Positions 1 to 9,991 of a DNA stretch of 64,000 nucleotides are shown here, in pieces (the stretch's first letter is position 1; each line of letters starts with the position of its first letter). Below the pieces are notes generated by a model that saw nothing but the letters and a program-made list of their open reading frames with translations, searched no databases and was not told the origin of the DNA. The translations under genes were made by a program, and so were the position numbers. Source of the DNA: an uncultured Nitrososphaeraceae archaeon (GTDB lineage: Archaea; Thermoproteota; Nitrososphaeria; Nitrososphaerales; Nitrososphaeraceae); assembly GCA_963729045.1 (NCBI GenBank), contig CAVSMN010000018.1, positions 32,001 through 96,000 on the forward strand, read 5' to 3'.

Positions 1-435
1 GATCAATTAAACAAATCCTCCGAGGATCTAAATTTGAATCTTCTTTAAAGAACCGATATCGACACTAATCCCCACGGATGCATGCAACATGATACAAGGG
101 ATTAGACTTCCTAAAGAGAAGACAATTTAGATTAATCGTCTGTCGTTATCTTTGATCTTATCCATAGTGTATCAAATATTGTAGCATAGGAAATGAACTC
201 CAGTGTCCATTTGATGTTAAAAATTTAGCAGAGTAATTACAAATCTTTGCCATCAGTAAAAATCTCGAAAAATTAAATATACCATAATAACAGCATAATT
301 TAATATATATCAACATGATGGGACACATTTGTTCTAAGCATAAAGAAGAATTAGAGCGACACGGATTGATTTGTCCCAGAAATACAAATTTTACAGAGGT
401 GGATTCTATTGACGTCATATCGCGAGAATAAGAAG

Positions 436-753
436 ATGGGGGATAATATAGCAGAGAATGACTCGATTAGATTTATACCTATACTTCCTGCGTTGACCAA
501 TATTTTATTAGAAATAGTACAAACTCAAGATATTTTTCATATTAGGTTTCAACCTGAATTCAGTGAATGTGATATTAGTGTATACGAATTCAGAACTTAT
601 CTTGATATACGAAGGGAAGTTTTGCAAGAGTTGATCGATTACAAATTTCCTCATGGACAGATACACTTTTTCCTTTTGAATATAGACAAACAGTCAGAAG
701 AGATAGATAATAATATCGAATATTTTGGAGTTGCCCATTGTTGGTCAAACTAA
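436..753 (+). CDS. hypothetical protein
   Basis: ORF 409..753; ATG at 436 is the more likely start; no recognisable motif. Confidence 0.45.
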   Translation: MGDNIAENDSIRFIPILPALTNILLEIVQTQDIFHIRFQPEFSECDISVYEFRTYLDIRREVLQELIDYKFPHGQIHFFLLNIDKQSEEIDNNIEYFGVAHCWSN

Positions 754-1098
754 CAATGACTGAGGAACTGATGAAGTATCTTTCTAAATTTGAATTTAAT
801 AAAGGACAACTTTTGAAATTAGAATTTAATCAGATACAACAATATTACTGTCTATAGCATTTTTACTATCAAAATAGAATTGTCAACTTTTTTATATAAT
901 TACTTGACCCGGGCATGAATATTCGTATATGATGACCACCTATTAAAATCAATTAATAATTCTCTCCCCATTTCAGATTACTTATGATCTGATTGTATCC
1001 AACCTTGAATCATATCTCCACGGATGTATCCATGAGGCAGATAACCACATGGATAAATACAAGTCATTTTTATATATCCTTTTTAATACATTTAGTTG

Positions 1099-1677
1099 AT
1101 GAAAAAACAACCAGCAATTTTAGTTTTAATCGTGATGGTGGTAACAACTATCTATGCACTTTCATTAGGAAATACAGGCTATTCACAACAACAAGGTGAA
1201 AACAGTATTTTGGATTCCATAGATGTGAAAAATACTAATCTGACTCTTGGTAAACCTTTCTACACTGAAAAATTTGAATTTCCATCAAGTCAAAATTCCG
1301 GAGACTCTGAAAATAATAGTGCTTCTGCCAATTCTGTGTACTCCTTTGAAGGTAATGGAACATTAGACAATTTGCAAATAACTGCTTCTGGAAGTGGTAA
1401 TGAAGTTTCAAGAGATGATGGAACTAACTTTCTTACTGGTAGAGCGCTTTTTACCTCTTCTCAAAACGGTACTGCAAGTTATTCCTTTGAGGCCATAACA
1501 AATACTACTGAAGAAGGCATTAGAACAAGTCTAGGGGCTGCATTCTTTGATGCTAACGCAACAGGAAATCTAGAATCGCTTAAGAGTATTGTAGGAGTTT
1601 ATGAATCATACATAGACGAAGGTCACGGAAAAGGGATCTTTGCAATGTGGCATATTAAAGACCTATTACCTAAATAG
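1099..1677 (+). CDS. secreted/membrane-anchored hypothetical protein (beta-rich)
   Basis: N-terminal MKK plus hydrophobic signal; many N-x-S/T sequons; TTTATATA box at about 1069-1076; T-tract after the stop. Confidence 0.75.
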   Translation: MKKQPAILVLIVMVVTTIYALSLGNTGYSQQQGENSILDSIDVKNTNLTLGKPFYTEKFEFPSSQNSGDSENNSASANSVYSFEGNGTLDNLQITASGSGNEVSRDDGTNFLTGRALFTSSQNGTASYSFEAITNTTEEGIRTSLGAAFFDANATGNLESLKSIVGVYESYIDEGHGKGIFAMWHIKDLLPK

Positions 1678-1989
1678 TAGTAGATTATTAATCTATTTTT
1701 TTATCAGTGTTTGATATTTAGGATTATCTATAACGTTGAATCATATCCCATGGATAAGGAATGTTTAGAAAATTAGGAGGCCCAATAAGAGTTGAAGAAG
1801 AGAATAGATGCCCCTATATTTATCGTCAAATAATTTCAGAATGAGCATTAAACTATTATTGATGTGACGATCGTAATTTAGCAATTCGATACTTTCGGAC
1901 ATAGAGAAAGATTTATTACGATATTATATAATCAATTTAAGTGCTAATAATTTTTAGAAAAAGGACATTAACCTAGTTTTTTATTCTTG

Positions 1990-2427
1990 TCATTCCATTA
2001 TACCAATTTGCTTCATCATTCCCGTCAAATCATAGAACAATTTTTCCTCTACTATTTCTTCATTTTTCCAGTGCGCAACGGTACAAAACTCTATTTGAAA
2101 TTTTTTGTTTGTTGGCTCTATAATTTTTCCGCCAAATCCATTCATTGAACCCTTGAACGTTCCAGTAAAATTTGCTACTGAGCATGTCCAGTCGCCTTGA
2201 CCAAACAGGATTTTGTATGGATCATTTTCAATATGATTGTCAGGAAACGTCTTGAAAAAGTCTACTGCCTCATTTTTATGATTTGGTCGTCCTCTAGTTG
2301 GTTGTGACTGTCCCGGCCAGGTTATTTCTACGGCCTCAGCATGACGTTTGTTGAATGTATCCCAGTCCTGTCTATTCCAGGCATCATCCAATGTTTTCAT
2401 TAGTTTTAGATTCCCTTCTAAACTCAT
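1990..2427 (-). CDS. SnoaL-like ester cyclase / NTF2-fold protein
   Basis: DDAWNRQDW...FPD...GDW...FTGTFKG...I.PTNKKF...IVEE..FYD pattern typical of SnoaL-like proteins. Confidence 0.85.
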   Translation of the reverse strand: MSLEGNLKLMKTLDDAWNRQDWDTFNKRHAEAVEITWPGQSQPTRGRPNHKNEAVDFFKTFPDNHIENDPYKILFGQGDWTCSVANFTGTFKGSMNGFGGKIIEPTNKKFQIEFCTVAHWKNEEIVEEKLFYDLTGMMKQIGIME

Positions 2428-2991
2428 CCTTTCTAGATGACAAACACCAAATAAAAAGGATTTACTAGGTATATCCTGGTATGTGGTAAGTTTGAACTAA
2501 CTTTTGGTATTAAATATCTCGAATGTGTAATATATCTATAAATATCAATAATAATATCAACATGAATGTTGATGTTACTTTTGTTTCTAATCCTTTTCTA
2601 AAGATCGATTGTGTTCATCTGAAGGTATCAAATTTGAAAATATCTATTCAATTTTATCAATCAATTATTATCTGAAGATAACAATAAATCCTCATCCTCA
2701 ATATTGATTCTAACTCAAACAAATATTGTCAAGGAAAAGACTTATCAACCAAATACCTTAAAAAAATGAGGACGGACTTACCAATACGGTATCATATGGC
2801 TAATGCGAAATAAAGACATATTGGTCCGAGTTTTATTCAAGGTAACCTTTCATTAATATTGAATGTAATCATCTCTTCGTTGTATCTGATCCAAAAAATA
2901 TAAACATCAACAAGGTTAACTGAATTTCAATTTTATCATTCTACCAGATCATAATTTATATAGTCGGATAGTTTATCCAATACTATATAAA

Positions 2992-3231
2992 TTGGTTCAG
3001 CAATGTAAAGACATATGTTCTAATGTTCTAGGAAACATAAGAAGGATCAGGGGCATTAGTCCTTATAAACAAGGATTGAAATGGTGTTCGGTTTGTAGAA
3101 AATTTCTTCAAAATATAGAAACCCCCATTGACTGTCCTTGTTGTGGAACTCAATTACGCAAAAAACCAAGAATAAATAGACACAATAAGGAATTATATAA
3201 TGAGTTTCTAGGAGTTAGACGGATCGAGTAA
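2992..3231 (+). CDS. small Zn-ribbon protein
   Basis: CSVC and CPCC pairs followed by LRKKPR; TTTATATA box about 30 bp upstream. Confidence 0.7.
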   Translation: MVQQCKDICSNVLGNIRRIRGISPYKQGLKWCSVCRKFLQNIETPIDCPCCGTQLRKKPRINRHNKELYNEFLGVRRIE

Positions 3232-3447
3232 CTATTGTACCGTGTTCGATTTGATTAAAGAAACTATACCATACTTGTATTCACTGATAAATAATTTTTA
3301 CATAATTAACTAACTAGTTGAAATTCAAGATCAAGTTATACTCAAATACATCCGGATCTTTCATTTCAAGTTGTAATTGATACTGGTATATGATTGAAAA
3401 TACTGTGACCGGTTAATGCTATTGACAGTGAGGAAAAAAGGCTGTTG

Positions 3448-4170
3448 TTAGGCAGTTATTCTGGCTGTTTCATGGGGTTTAAATTTATTCCACATAATTC
3501 CAAATATAGCACCTAGAACTAAATAGAACATAACCATTGTACCAAAAGTAACGGCTCTAAATGCGTTGACTAAATCCATTGGTGCAGTTATTTCATCAGG
3601 ATTTGCTGGAAATACGGCATAAATAAAAGCAACTAGGCCCAAGTAAATTATGGGAATTACATACTTAATGTAACTGATTTTACGTAACTTATACACGAGA
3701 ATACTGACGCCCAAAGCGATTAATCCAGATGCCAGTTGATAGCTAGTATACAAACTATCTCTTAATCCAATAGTCTCTGGATCGCCGACGGCAGGTGGGT
3801 TTGCAGGATATTTGATGAAAGGAACGATATATAATGATAAACACATTATGGCTGCTAAAATGAGTGCTTTTTTCCTATCATCCGAAGAAGGCAAATACTT
3901 TCTCGATATTACATAAACGATTCCTAAAATCGCACCATATGTTAACCCTAAGAATGCTCCTGCAGCAAAAGTTCCTTCCTTTTGCCACACCCTGTAAGTA
4001 CTTAATTCATCAAAATCAACTACTTCACCAGATGCGATGCTGTTATCCACCTCAATTCCTATCGCTTGATCTATGAATGGCTCTGCAACAAAATAATTAA
4101 CGCCTGCTAAAATTACTCCAGCTATAACACCTGACAAAAGAGATACAAAAATAAATGTTAAAGATTTCAT
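3448..4170 (-). CDS. cbtA: cobalt transporter subunit CbtA
   Basis: Five TM segments, EPFIDQAIGIE and VPFIKYPANPPAVGDPETI motifs; directly downstream of CbtB. Confidence 0.9.
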   Translation of the reverse strand: MKSLTFIFVSLLSGVIAGVILAGVNYFVAEPFIDQAIGIEVDNSIASGEVVDFDELSTYRVWQKEGTFAAGAFLGLTYGAILGIVYVISRKYLPSSDDRKKALILAAIMCLSLYIVPFIKYPANPPAVGDPETIGLRDSLYTSYQLASGLIALGVSILVYKLRKISYIKYVIPIIYLGLVAFIYAVFPANPDEITAPMDLVNAFRAVTFGTMVMFYLVLGAIFGIMWNKFKPHETARITA

Positions 4171-4214
4171 GTTCTATAATCTAATTCACATATGAGGATA
4201 TAAAATGACAAATA

Positions 4215-4433
4215 TTAATGGCACGGAAATCCCGCTGCATGTCTTATATCATGAGTAAATTCATGAAGCCACATTGTGTCATATGCTTCATTTCCTTGTA
4301 CCAAACTAAATAATTGGCCTTGATCATATCCGACTATGTAAACACTAAAAATTGCAATAATGGCTAAAACTGCGATTGAAACCTTTGGAATTCCATCTTT
4401 TTCTACAACCCTTTGATCATGATGTAGACTCAC
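4215..4433 (-). CDS. cbtB: cobalt transporter subunit CbtB
   Basis: One TM helix plus the C-terminal HEFTHDIRHAAGFPCH signature. Confidence 0.93.
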   Translation of the reverse strand: MSLHHDQRVVEKDGIPKVSIAVLAIIAIFSVYIVGYDQGQLFSLVQGNEAYDTMWLHEFTHDIRHAAGFPCH

Positions 4434-4745
4434 ACTGCATTTACCTTTTTCGAGATATATAAAGTATTGTATGGTTTATCCAACATTTTGTGTTTAGGAC
4501 TATATGGGAAGTCGGAGAAAATAAAGTAACAATGGAATCTACAAATCTGAATTTTTTTTAATGGTTCAATACTATGTGTTTTATTAGATAAAATTTTAGA
4601 TCAAGATTATGAAGATTTATTGACACACAGTAATTTGGAGTCTAACTATTCAGAATCTGATTTTGACTTATTAATTACTGCATCAATCATGAGAAACAGA
4701 TAAAAAAAGAGATAAAATTAAATTTGTAAGATACTAACTTATAAT

Positions 4746-5411
4746 GTGCATCTTGTGGTCAATACCCTAAAAGCCATATCTAGCAGATACGCACCTAGTA
4801 GAATTCTTTCTTTCAACTCTGCTCATGTATTCAAGACACTACAATTATTAAAAAGGGACGGGCACGTTAGTAGACTTTTACTGATTAATGAGTTGGGTCT
4901 AGGAGAAGGTTCCATAAAGACTTTGATAAAGCATCTTAAAATGGAAAAATTAATTCTTACAACTCAAAAGGGAACTATGATGACTGAAAGGGGGGAAAAG
5001 ATTTTTGAAGAGATGTCACAATATATTTGCTCTGAAACACAAGTGCCCAAAAGCTCGATATCTATTGCTGAATATAATCATGCCATTCTTTTAAGAAATT
5101 TGAAATTTGCTATTAAGCAAGGCGTTGAGCAAAGGGATGCAGCAATTAAAGTGGGGGCAAAAGGAGCTACAACACTTTTGTATAATAATGGGAAATTTCT
5201 TATCCCGGGTTCTAAATTTAATGCTCTAAAAGAAGAAAAAGCTATAGAAAAGCTGTTAAAAGATAATCTAAAGCCCATAGAAAACGATATCATCGTGATT
5301 GGAAGCGATGACAATAACTACATAACAGCCGAGCTTGCATCAAAATCAGCTGCACTTCAGACGCTCGAAAATCATGAAGATCATAAGGGATTAGAATTTA
5401 TCATTAGATAA
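4746..5411 (+). CDS. winged-helix protein, DUF2111/DUF4443-like, probable regulator
   Basis: SRLLLINELGLGEGSIKTLIKHL wHTH and GVEQRDAAIKVGAKGATT motif; divergent from cbtBA. Confidence 0.75.
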   Translation: MHLVVNTLKAISSRYAPSRILSFNSAHVFKTLQLLKRDGHVSRLLLINELGLGEGSIKTLIKHLKMEKLILTTQKGTMMTERGEKIFEEMSQYICSETQVPKSSISIAEYNHAILLRNLKFAIKQGVEQRDAAIKVGAKGATTLLYNNGKFLIPGSKFNALKEEKAIEKLLKDNLKPIENDIIVIGSDDNNYITAELASKSAALQTLENHEDHKGLEFIIR

Positions 5412-5620
5412 TTCAAAACATAATAATAAATAATAAAAAAACAGGAATAAGCAAGATATAATATTCACATAAGCAAATTAAATGTCAATTATGATCAATA
5501 AGTAATGAAATAAATTGGAAACATAGTGTCGGGCCTGTTCTTTCTTAGTGTGTATACCCATAGAACATATCCCGATCAATATTACCAATTCTTATTAATG
5601 TGACCTTTTTTAAAACTTAT

Positions 5621-6034
5621 ATGAATAATCTAGTGAAAACTACTTTCGAAGAATTAGTAAAAGATGTAATTTTACTTGATGACGTTATGTTATCGATAAG
5701 AAGTGATGGTGCAATAGCAGAGGTCAAACTGGAAAAAAATACACCTTTTCGAATTAAGGAACAATGGGCCACTATAGGAGATGAAAAGGGGGCATGGCAT
5801 ATTCACGTTAATATTCAAGAAACAAAGGAAGCCAAGTTCATCATAGAATCAAGCGAAGATGGTAGAAGAAGGTATAGCATTAGATTCTTTAATTCTGGAA
5901 ATAGATTAATCTTGCGTGTGAATTTCATGAAAATGTATACTGCAGAAAATGAGGTAATTAAGGAAAGTTTAACAAGATATGAAAATTTATTCTCAAAATA
6001 TGGGAAAAAAGAAACAATAGTGTTACAATCCTGA
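5621..6034 (+). CDS. ChuX/HutX/HemS-like tetrapyrrole-binding fold protein
   Basis: GAIAE...WHIHVN...KF...YSIRFFNSGNRLILRVNF resembles the ChuX/HutX pattern; start uncertain (5600/5621/5633). Confidence 0.6.
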   Translation: MNNLVKTTFEELVKDVILLDDVMLSIRSDGAIAEVKLEKNTPFRIKEQWATIGDEKGAWHIHVNIQETKEAKFIIESSEDGRRRYSIRFFNSGNRLILRVNFMKMYTAENEVIKESLTRYENLFSKYGKKETIVLQS

Positions 6035-6531
6035 TGTTACTAAAGACGATCATTACAAAATGGTCCAAAGAATAAACTATTCCAAACCAAACTATTACTC
6101 ATAGTCGCTACATCTAGCTAGAGATAAGGTCGCTTTTTTTATAATTAGAAATCAAATATTGACAACAGCTTTAATTAGGTGGTAACATATTAATCCTAGA
6201 AAACGAATTTGTCGTTTTATCGATTTCTAAAACGAACTATAAAATCATATGTTATAAATCTATCAAAAATCGCATAGGATGAACTTTTTTGATTCTTTCT
6301 AAGTCAAAGTTTGTGAATATTAAAAAATCCAAAATTAATATGAATAATGGTAGATTACTCCCAGAAATTGATATATAGGAAAAAGAGAAAATTCCAAAAA
6401 GTTATGGTAAAATCAATAAATTCTACAACATAAAACAACAAGGTATATCTTGATCCTTTATTTTTTGATATAGTTGTGAAAAGATTTTTCTATTCCTTTG
6501 ACACCCATTCAATAGAAATGGAGGCAATTAA

Positions 6532-7581
6532 ATGAAGGCAGCAGTTTTTCGCGAGCATGATAAAGACCCCGAGAAGGTTGTAAAAATAGAGGATATTGAA
6601 GTCCCAAAATTAAAACCTGATGAAGTCTTGATAAAAGTTGAAGCAACTTCATACAATTATAATGATTTGTGGGCTATTTGGGGGAGACCAATTAAAGTTC
6701 CAATGCCCCATATTTCGGGGACAGATATTTCGGGTACAGTGGTGGAATTAGGTGAACAAGTCACCTCTCTTGCAAAGGGTGATAGGGTGGTATCTCATGG
6801 CAACCTAAGTTGCAGGATTTGTAGCATGTGTACATCAGGTAGAGAATATGATTGTGAAAAAAGACTAGTTTGGGGTTTTCAAACTGGTCCACTATGGGGA
6901 GGATATTGTCAATATGCTCATCTACCAGAAGTCAATGTAGCAAAAATAAACGACAACATATCATTCGAGGACGCAGCGGCGATCTCGATGGTAGGAATGA
7001 CTTCATGGCACATGCTAGTTGATAGAGCCAGAATTAAACCGGGGCAGACAGTTTTGATAATGGGTGGAACAAGTGGCGTAGGAATGGTAGGTATTCAAAT
7101 TGCAAAATTATACGATTGCACTGTCATTGCAAGTGCAGGCAACCAACAGAAAATGGACAAATGCTTAGAACTTGGCGCTGATTTTGTTGTGAACCACAGA
7201 CAAGAAGACTGGTATAAGAGAGTAAGAGACGTCACTCAAAAAAAGGGAGTCGATATTGTGTTTGAACACATAGGTAAAACCGTGTTTCCACAAGAGGTAT
7301 CTCTTTTAAAAATGGGAGGGACATTAGTATCTACAGGGGCTACCACAGGATACGATTCTACAATAGATCTGAGGTATCTTTTCTTTAGAGGAATAAACAT
7401 AGTGGGTGCAACACAAGGTACTAAAGCAGAGCTCGAGGAGGTTTTGTTTTGGACTTCAAAGAAAAAAATTAAACCATTGATAAACGCTGTGCTACCCTTT
7501 AATGAAATGGTAAAAGGACACGTGATGATGGCTAAGGGAGATCAAATAGGTAAAACTATCACGACGCCACAAAAACTTTAA
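6532..7581 (+). CDS. zinc-binding MDR-family alcohol dehydrogenase/reductase
   Basis: Structural-Zn CRICSMC...C, GGTSGVG nucleotide-binding loop, GroES-like N-terminus; GGAGG upstream of the ATG. Confidence 0.92.
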   Translation: MKAAVFREHDKDPEKVVKIEDIEVPKLKPDEVLIKVEATSYNYNDLWAIWGRPIKVPMPHISGTDISGTVVELGEQVTSLAKGDRVVSHGNLSCRICSMCTSGREYDCEKRLVWGFQTGPLWGGYCQYAHLPEVNVAKINDNISFEDAAAISMVGMTSWHMLVDRARIKPGQTVLIMGGTSGVGMVGIQIAKLYDCTVIASAGNQQKMDKCLELGADFVVNHRQEDWYKRVRDVTQKKGVDIVFEHIGKTVFPQEVSLLKMGGTLVSTGATTGYDSTIDLRYLFFRGINIVGATQGTKAELEEVLFWTSKKKIKPLINAVLPFNEMVKGHVMMAKGDQIGKTITTPQKL

Positions 7582-7710
7582 ATTCAAATGAAGGTATCAA
7601 TTCATTAGAAAAAATTAAAGAAATCAAAAATATGGTGAGTGAGTGAGTTAGTAACACAAACGTATGACCACTCCACCCCTTGTATTATTTATTATTGATC
7701 CTCTGATTCC

Positions 7711-8290
7711 TCAAGTATGTCCATAATACTGACCGTGAATTCCAAATGGAATATGATGCGGTACTAATGCTCTTGCAATTTCTTTAAATGATTTTGAATC
7801 TAGAATTAGTAAAAAGGATTGACCACTATTCGAATCAAGTACAGACCGACAAAATAACCCCGTCATCTTCCCTTTTGGCACCAAGTCGAGGGACAAAAAC
7901 TGGTTCTCCGGGTTGACAATTCTGTTCACTCCAACTAACAAAGTCTCCAGTTTGAACATTAATCTTGACCAATCGGTTTGTAAAACTGGTAACTGAGGAC
8001 ATCCCTACAGCGTATAAAAAGTCATAATTCTTCATATTAAGATGATTATTTATCCTTGGTAACTCTAATCCCTCATGCATTATCTTGTATCCCACAGAGC
8101 CTATTGTCTAGACTTATCGTAAAACGACGATATTGACTAACAGGAATATCCATAGGCTCGTTTCCTCTTAATATATCAAGATAGAGAGAATTTATGATAC
8201 TATTATCTTCAACGTTATCATATCAATGACTACATTATTATCTACTTCAAATGCGTTTATATGATGAAATGCAAAGAAAGACTCACTTAA
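7711..8290 (-). pseudogene. carotenoid cleavage dioxygenase (RPE65/CCD family), 5'-truncated with three frameshifts
   Basis: Minus-strand frames give [28 protein letters not shown]...EDDGVILSV and [19 protein letters not shown]; frame changes near 8212, 8096 and 7843; N-terminal half absent. Confidence 0.88.
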
Positions 8291-8397
8291 GTTAATTCCA
8301 TCCGGTTTGTTAATACTACTCGAATTTGGAATGGATCTTGTTAGGTAGATATATTTTTACTAATAGAACATGAATATAAAAATAAAATAGGGATTTA

Positions 8398-8929
8398 CTA
8401 GTAATCAACTACAGTAGTTTTATTTAACAAATTAGCCATTAATGCAGGAGACCCGATTATGGACCCGTCTATTATATCAGAATTATCATATCCTGCTATT
8501 TTCAAGCATACTTCACAAATCACAACATTTCCTCCATTATCAATAAAATCAGAAACATTTTTTGTCAAAGTGTTCTAATCCCAGATAATGGTGAGGATTC
8601 TTTACACCTATCTGTACACCCTCTATACTAAGCATCAAAGTCACATTATAACCCATTTTTAACATGGTTTGAGAATCCAATATGGCAATAGTAGATCTCC
8701 AAGGTTCATCACTACTTAGATGGTAAACAAGCTTGGTTTTATTAACTTCCTGCGCGAATATAGAAGGTACAGAGAGATTAGAAAAAGAATGTATATCGTT
8801 AAAAAAAATCATACTAGCGGTTGTATAAAAAGAGATTAGCAATCCAAAGATAAGAAGAATGGAAATAGACGGATTAATTTTAAATTTAATTGCACCTAGA
8901 CTAGTCTCAATCATATAACATAATATCAT
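8398..8929 (-). pseudogene. secreted DsrE/DsrF-like protein with one frameshift (or sequencing indel)
   Basis: Signal/TM, then KLVYHLSSD...VTLMLSIEGV; after a +1 shift near 8570 it continues LTKNVSDFIDNGGNVVICEVCLKIAG...VVDY* to the stop at 8398. Confidence 0.75.
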
Positions 8930-9284
8930 TTCAGGTGACTATTAATCTTTATAGTTTTAGTTTGATAAATGCGGGTCCTAAAATGGACTACTTTTCTTAA
9001 TGATATCATATTTTCTTTATTTTAGTTTTAATACTTTCCACAGTTCATGAAAATAATTCAAATAGTGACTGATTGTGAATTTTGTTTGAATCAGGTCTCT
9101 AGTCCTGTTTTTGTTTCTATTTTTAATGTCGGATCTAAATAATTTACTAAATACAAAATAAATAATAAAGTAAGCAGATAATGATATCAATTACAAGCCA
9201 ATTCATTGCCTGATTACCTCCCTCCCTCCTTTGATACTCGATTTTTATGAAAATCACAAGAAATTAGATGTTTCGTGCATACAT

Positions 9285-9737
9285 CTACTGCTGAGCAGCT
9301 GCGTTGCTTCCTGTATTTTCTTGACTTTGGACGTTGATGTTGTTACCAGAACCTATTGTATCTGCACCTGATACTACTTGGCTGTTTTGGCTGGAGGATT
9401 GAGATTGGCTGATGCTTTGTTCTGCAGAGTTTCCACCCTGTCCACCTTGTGCTAATGCGTTGTTTCCACTGTTCTTTTGGTGTTGGAAACTAAGGTTGTT
9501 GCATGAGAGAAAGGTTGTTCCACCTGATACACATCCAGCATTTTGGTTTGATGATTGTGATTGGTCTATGGACTGTTTTGCTTTATTTTTCTTGTTGTGT
9601 GTGGCTAAAGCATCATCTACATTGAGCATTGGACTGACAAATAGGGTTAATGCTACCACTATTGCAATTGATGCGACAAAGATTTTGCTGTTTTTGTTTT
9701 TGTTTTTGTTTTGGTTGTGAATATTTGTTTTATTCAT
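9285..9737 (-). CDS. secreted Gln/Ser/Asn-rich two-repeat protein, copy 1
   Basis: Signal peptide ending ALA, two ~48-aa imperfect repeats; second copy at 21430..21882. Confidence 0.85.
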   Translation of the reverse strand: MNKTNIHNQNKNKNKNSKIFVASIAIVVALTLFVSPMLNVDDALATHNKKNKAKQSIDQSQSSNQNAGCVSGGTTFLSCNNLSFQHQKNSGNNALAQGGQGGNSAEQSISQSQSSSQNSQVVSGADTIGSGNNINVQSQENTGSNAAAQQ

Positions 9738-9816
9738 ACCTTTGATACTATGGAAAAAATATATTGGGATTGCTAACTAGGTGCAATACTCTAATATTCT
9801 AGCAGTTTTAGAATTA
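9300..9816. repeat. 517-bp direct repeat, copy 1 (copy 2 at 21445..21961)
   Basis: Reads identical by eye at offset 12145; covers most of the CDS plus 79 bp of upstream promoter. Confidence 0.93.
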
Positions 9817-9991
9817 TCAATATTAGTTGTATTTACAAATGATAAGAATTTGTGTTTTCCAACTCATTTGATTTTAATAGCAAAACAGTAACAGATTACC
9901 ACATTACATGCCACAGTTTGTAATAATCAGTAATCCAAAAAAAAATAATAGCAGAATAAAAACTATAATGTAGACATTCTTTTGGTTAAGC

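Noticed and set aside
158..418. Minus-strand 86-aa ORF and an overlapping plus-strand 38-aa ORF (315..431, CSKH...CP)
   Set aside because: No recognisable family and no convincing promoter spacing; cannot be supported
4434..4745. Cobalamin riboswitch upstream of cbtB
   Set aside because: TATA box sits about 25 bp from the start codon, the region is AT-rich, and no B12-box structure is recognisable
9412..9720. Cys/Phe-rich antisense ORF (also 21557..21865)
   Set aside because: Shadow of the Q/S/N-rich gene on the opposite strand; it is duplicated only because the real gene is
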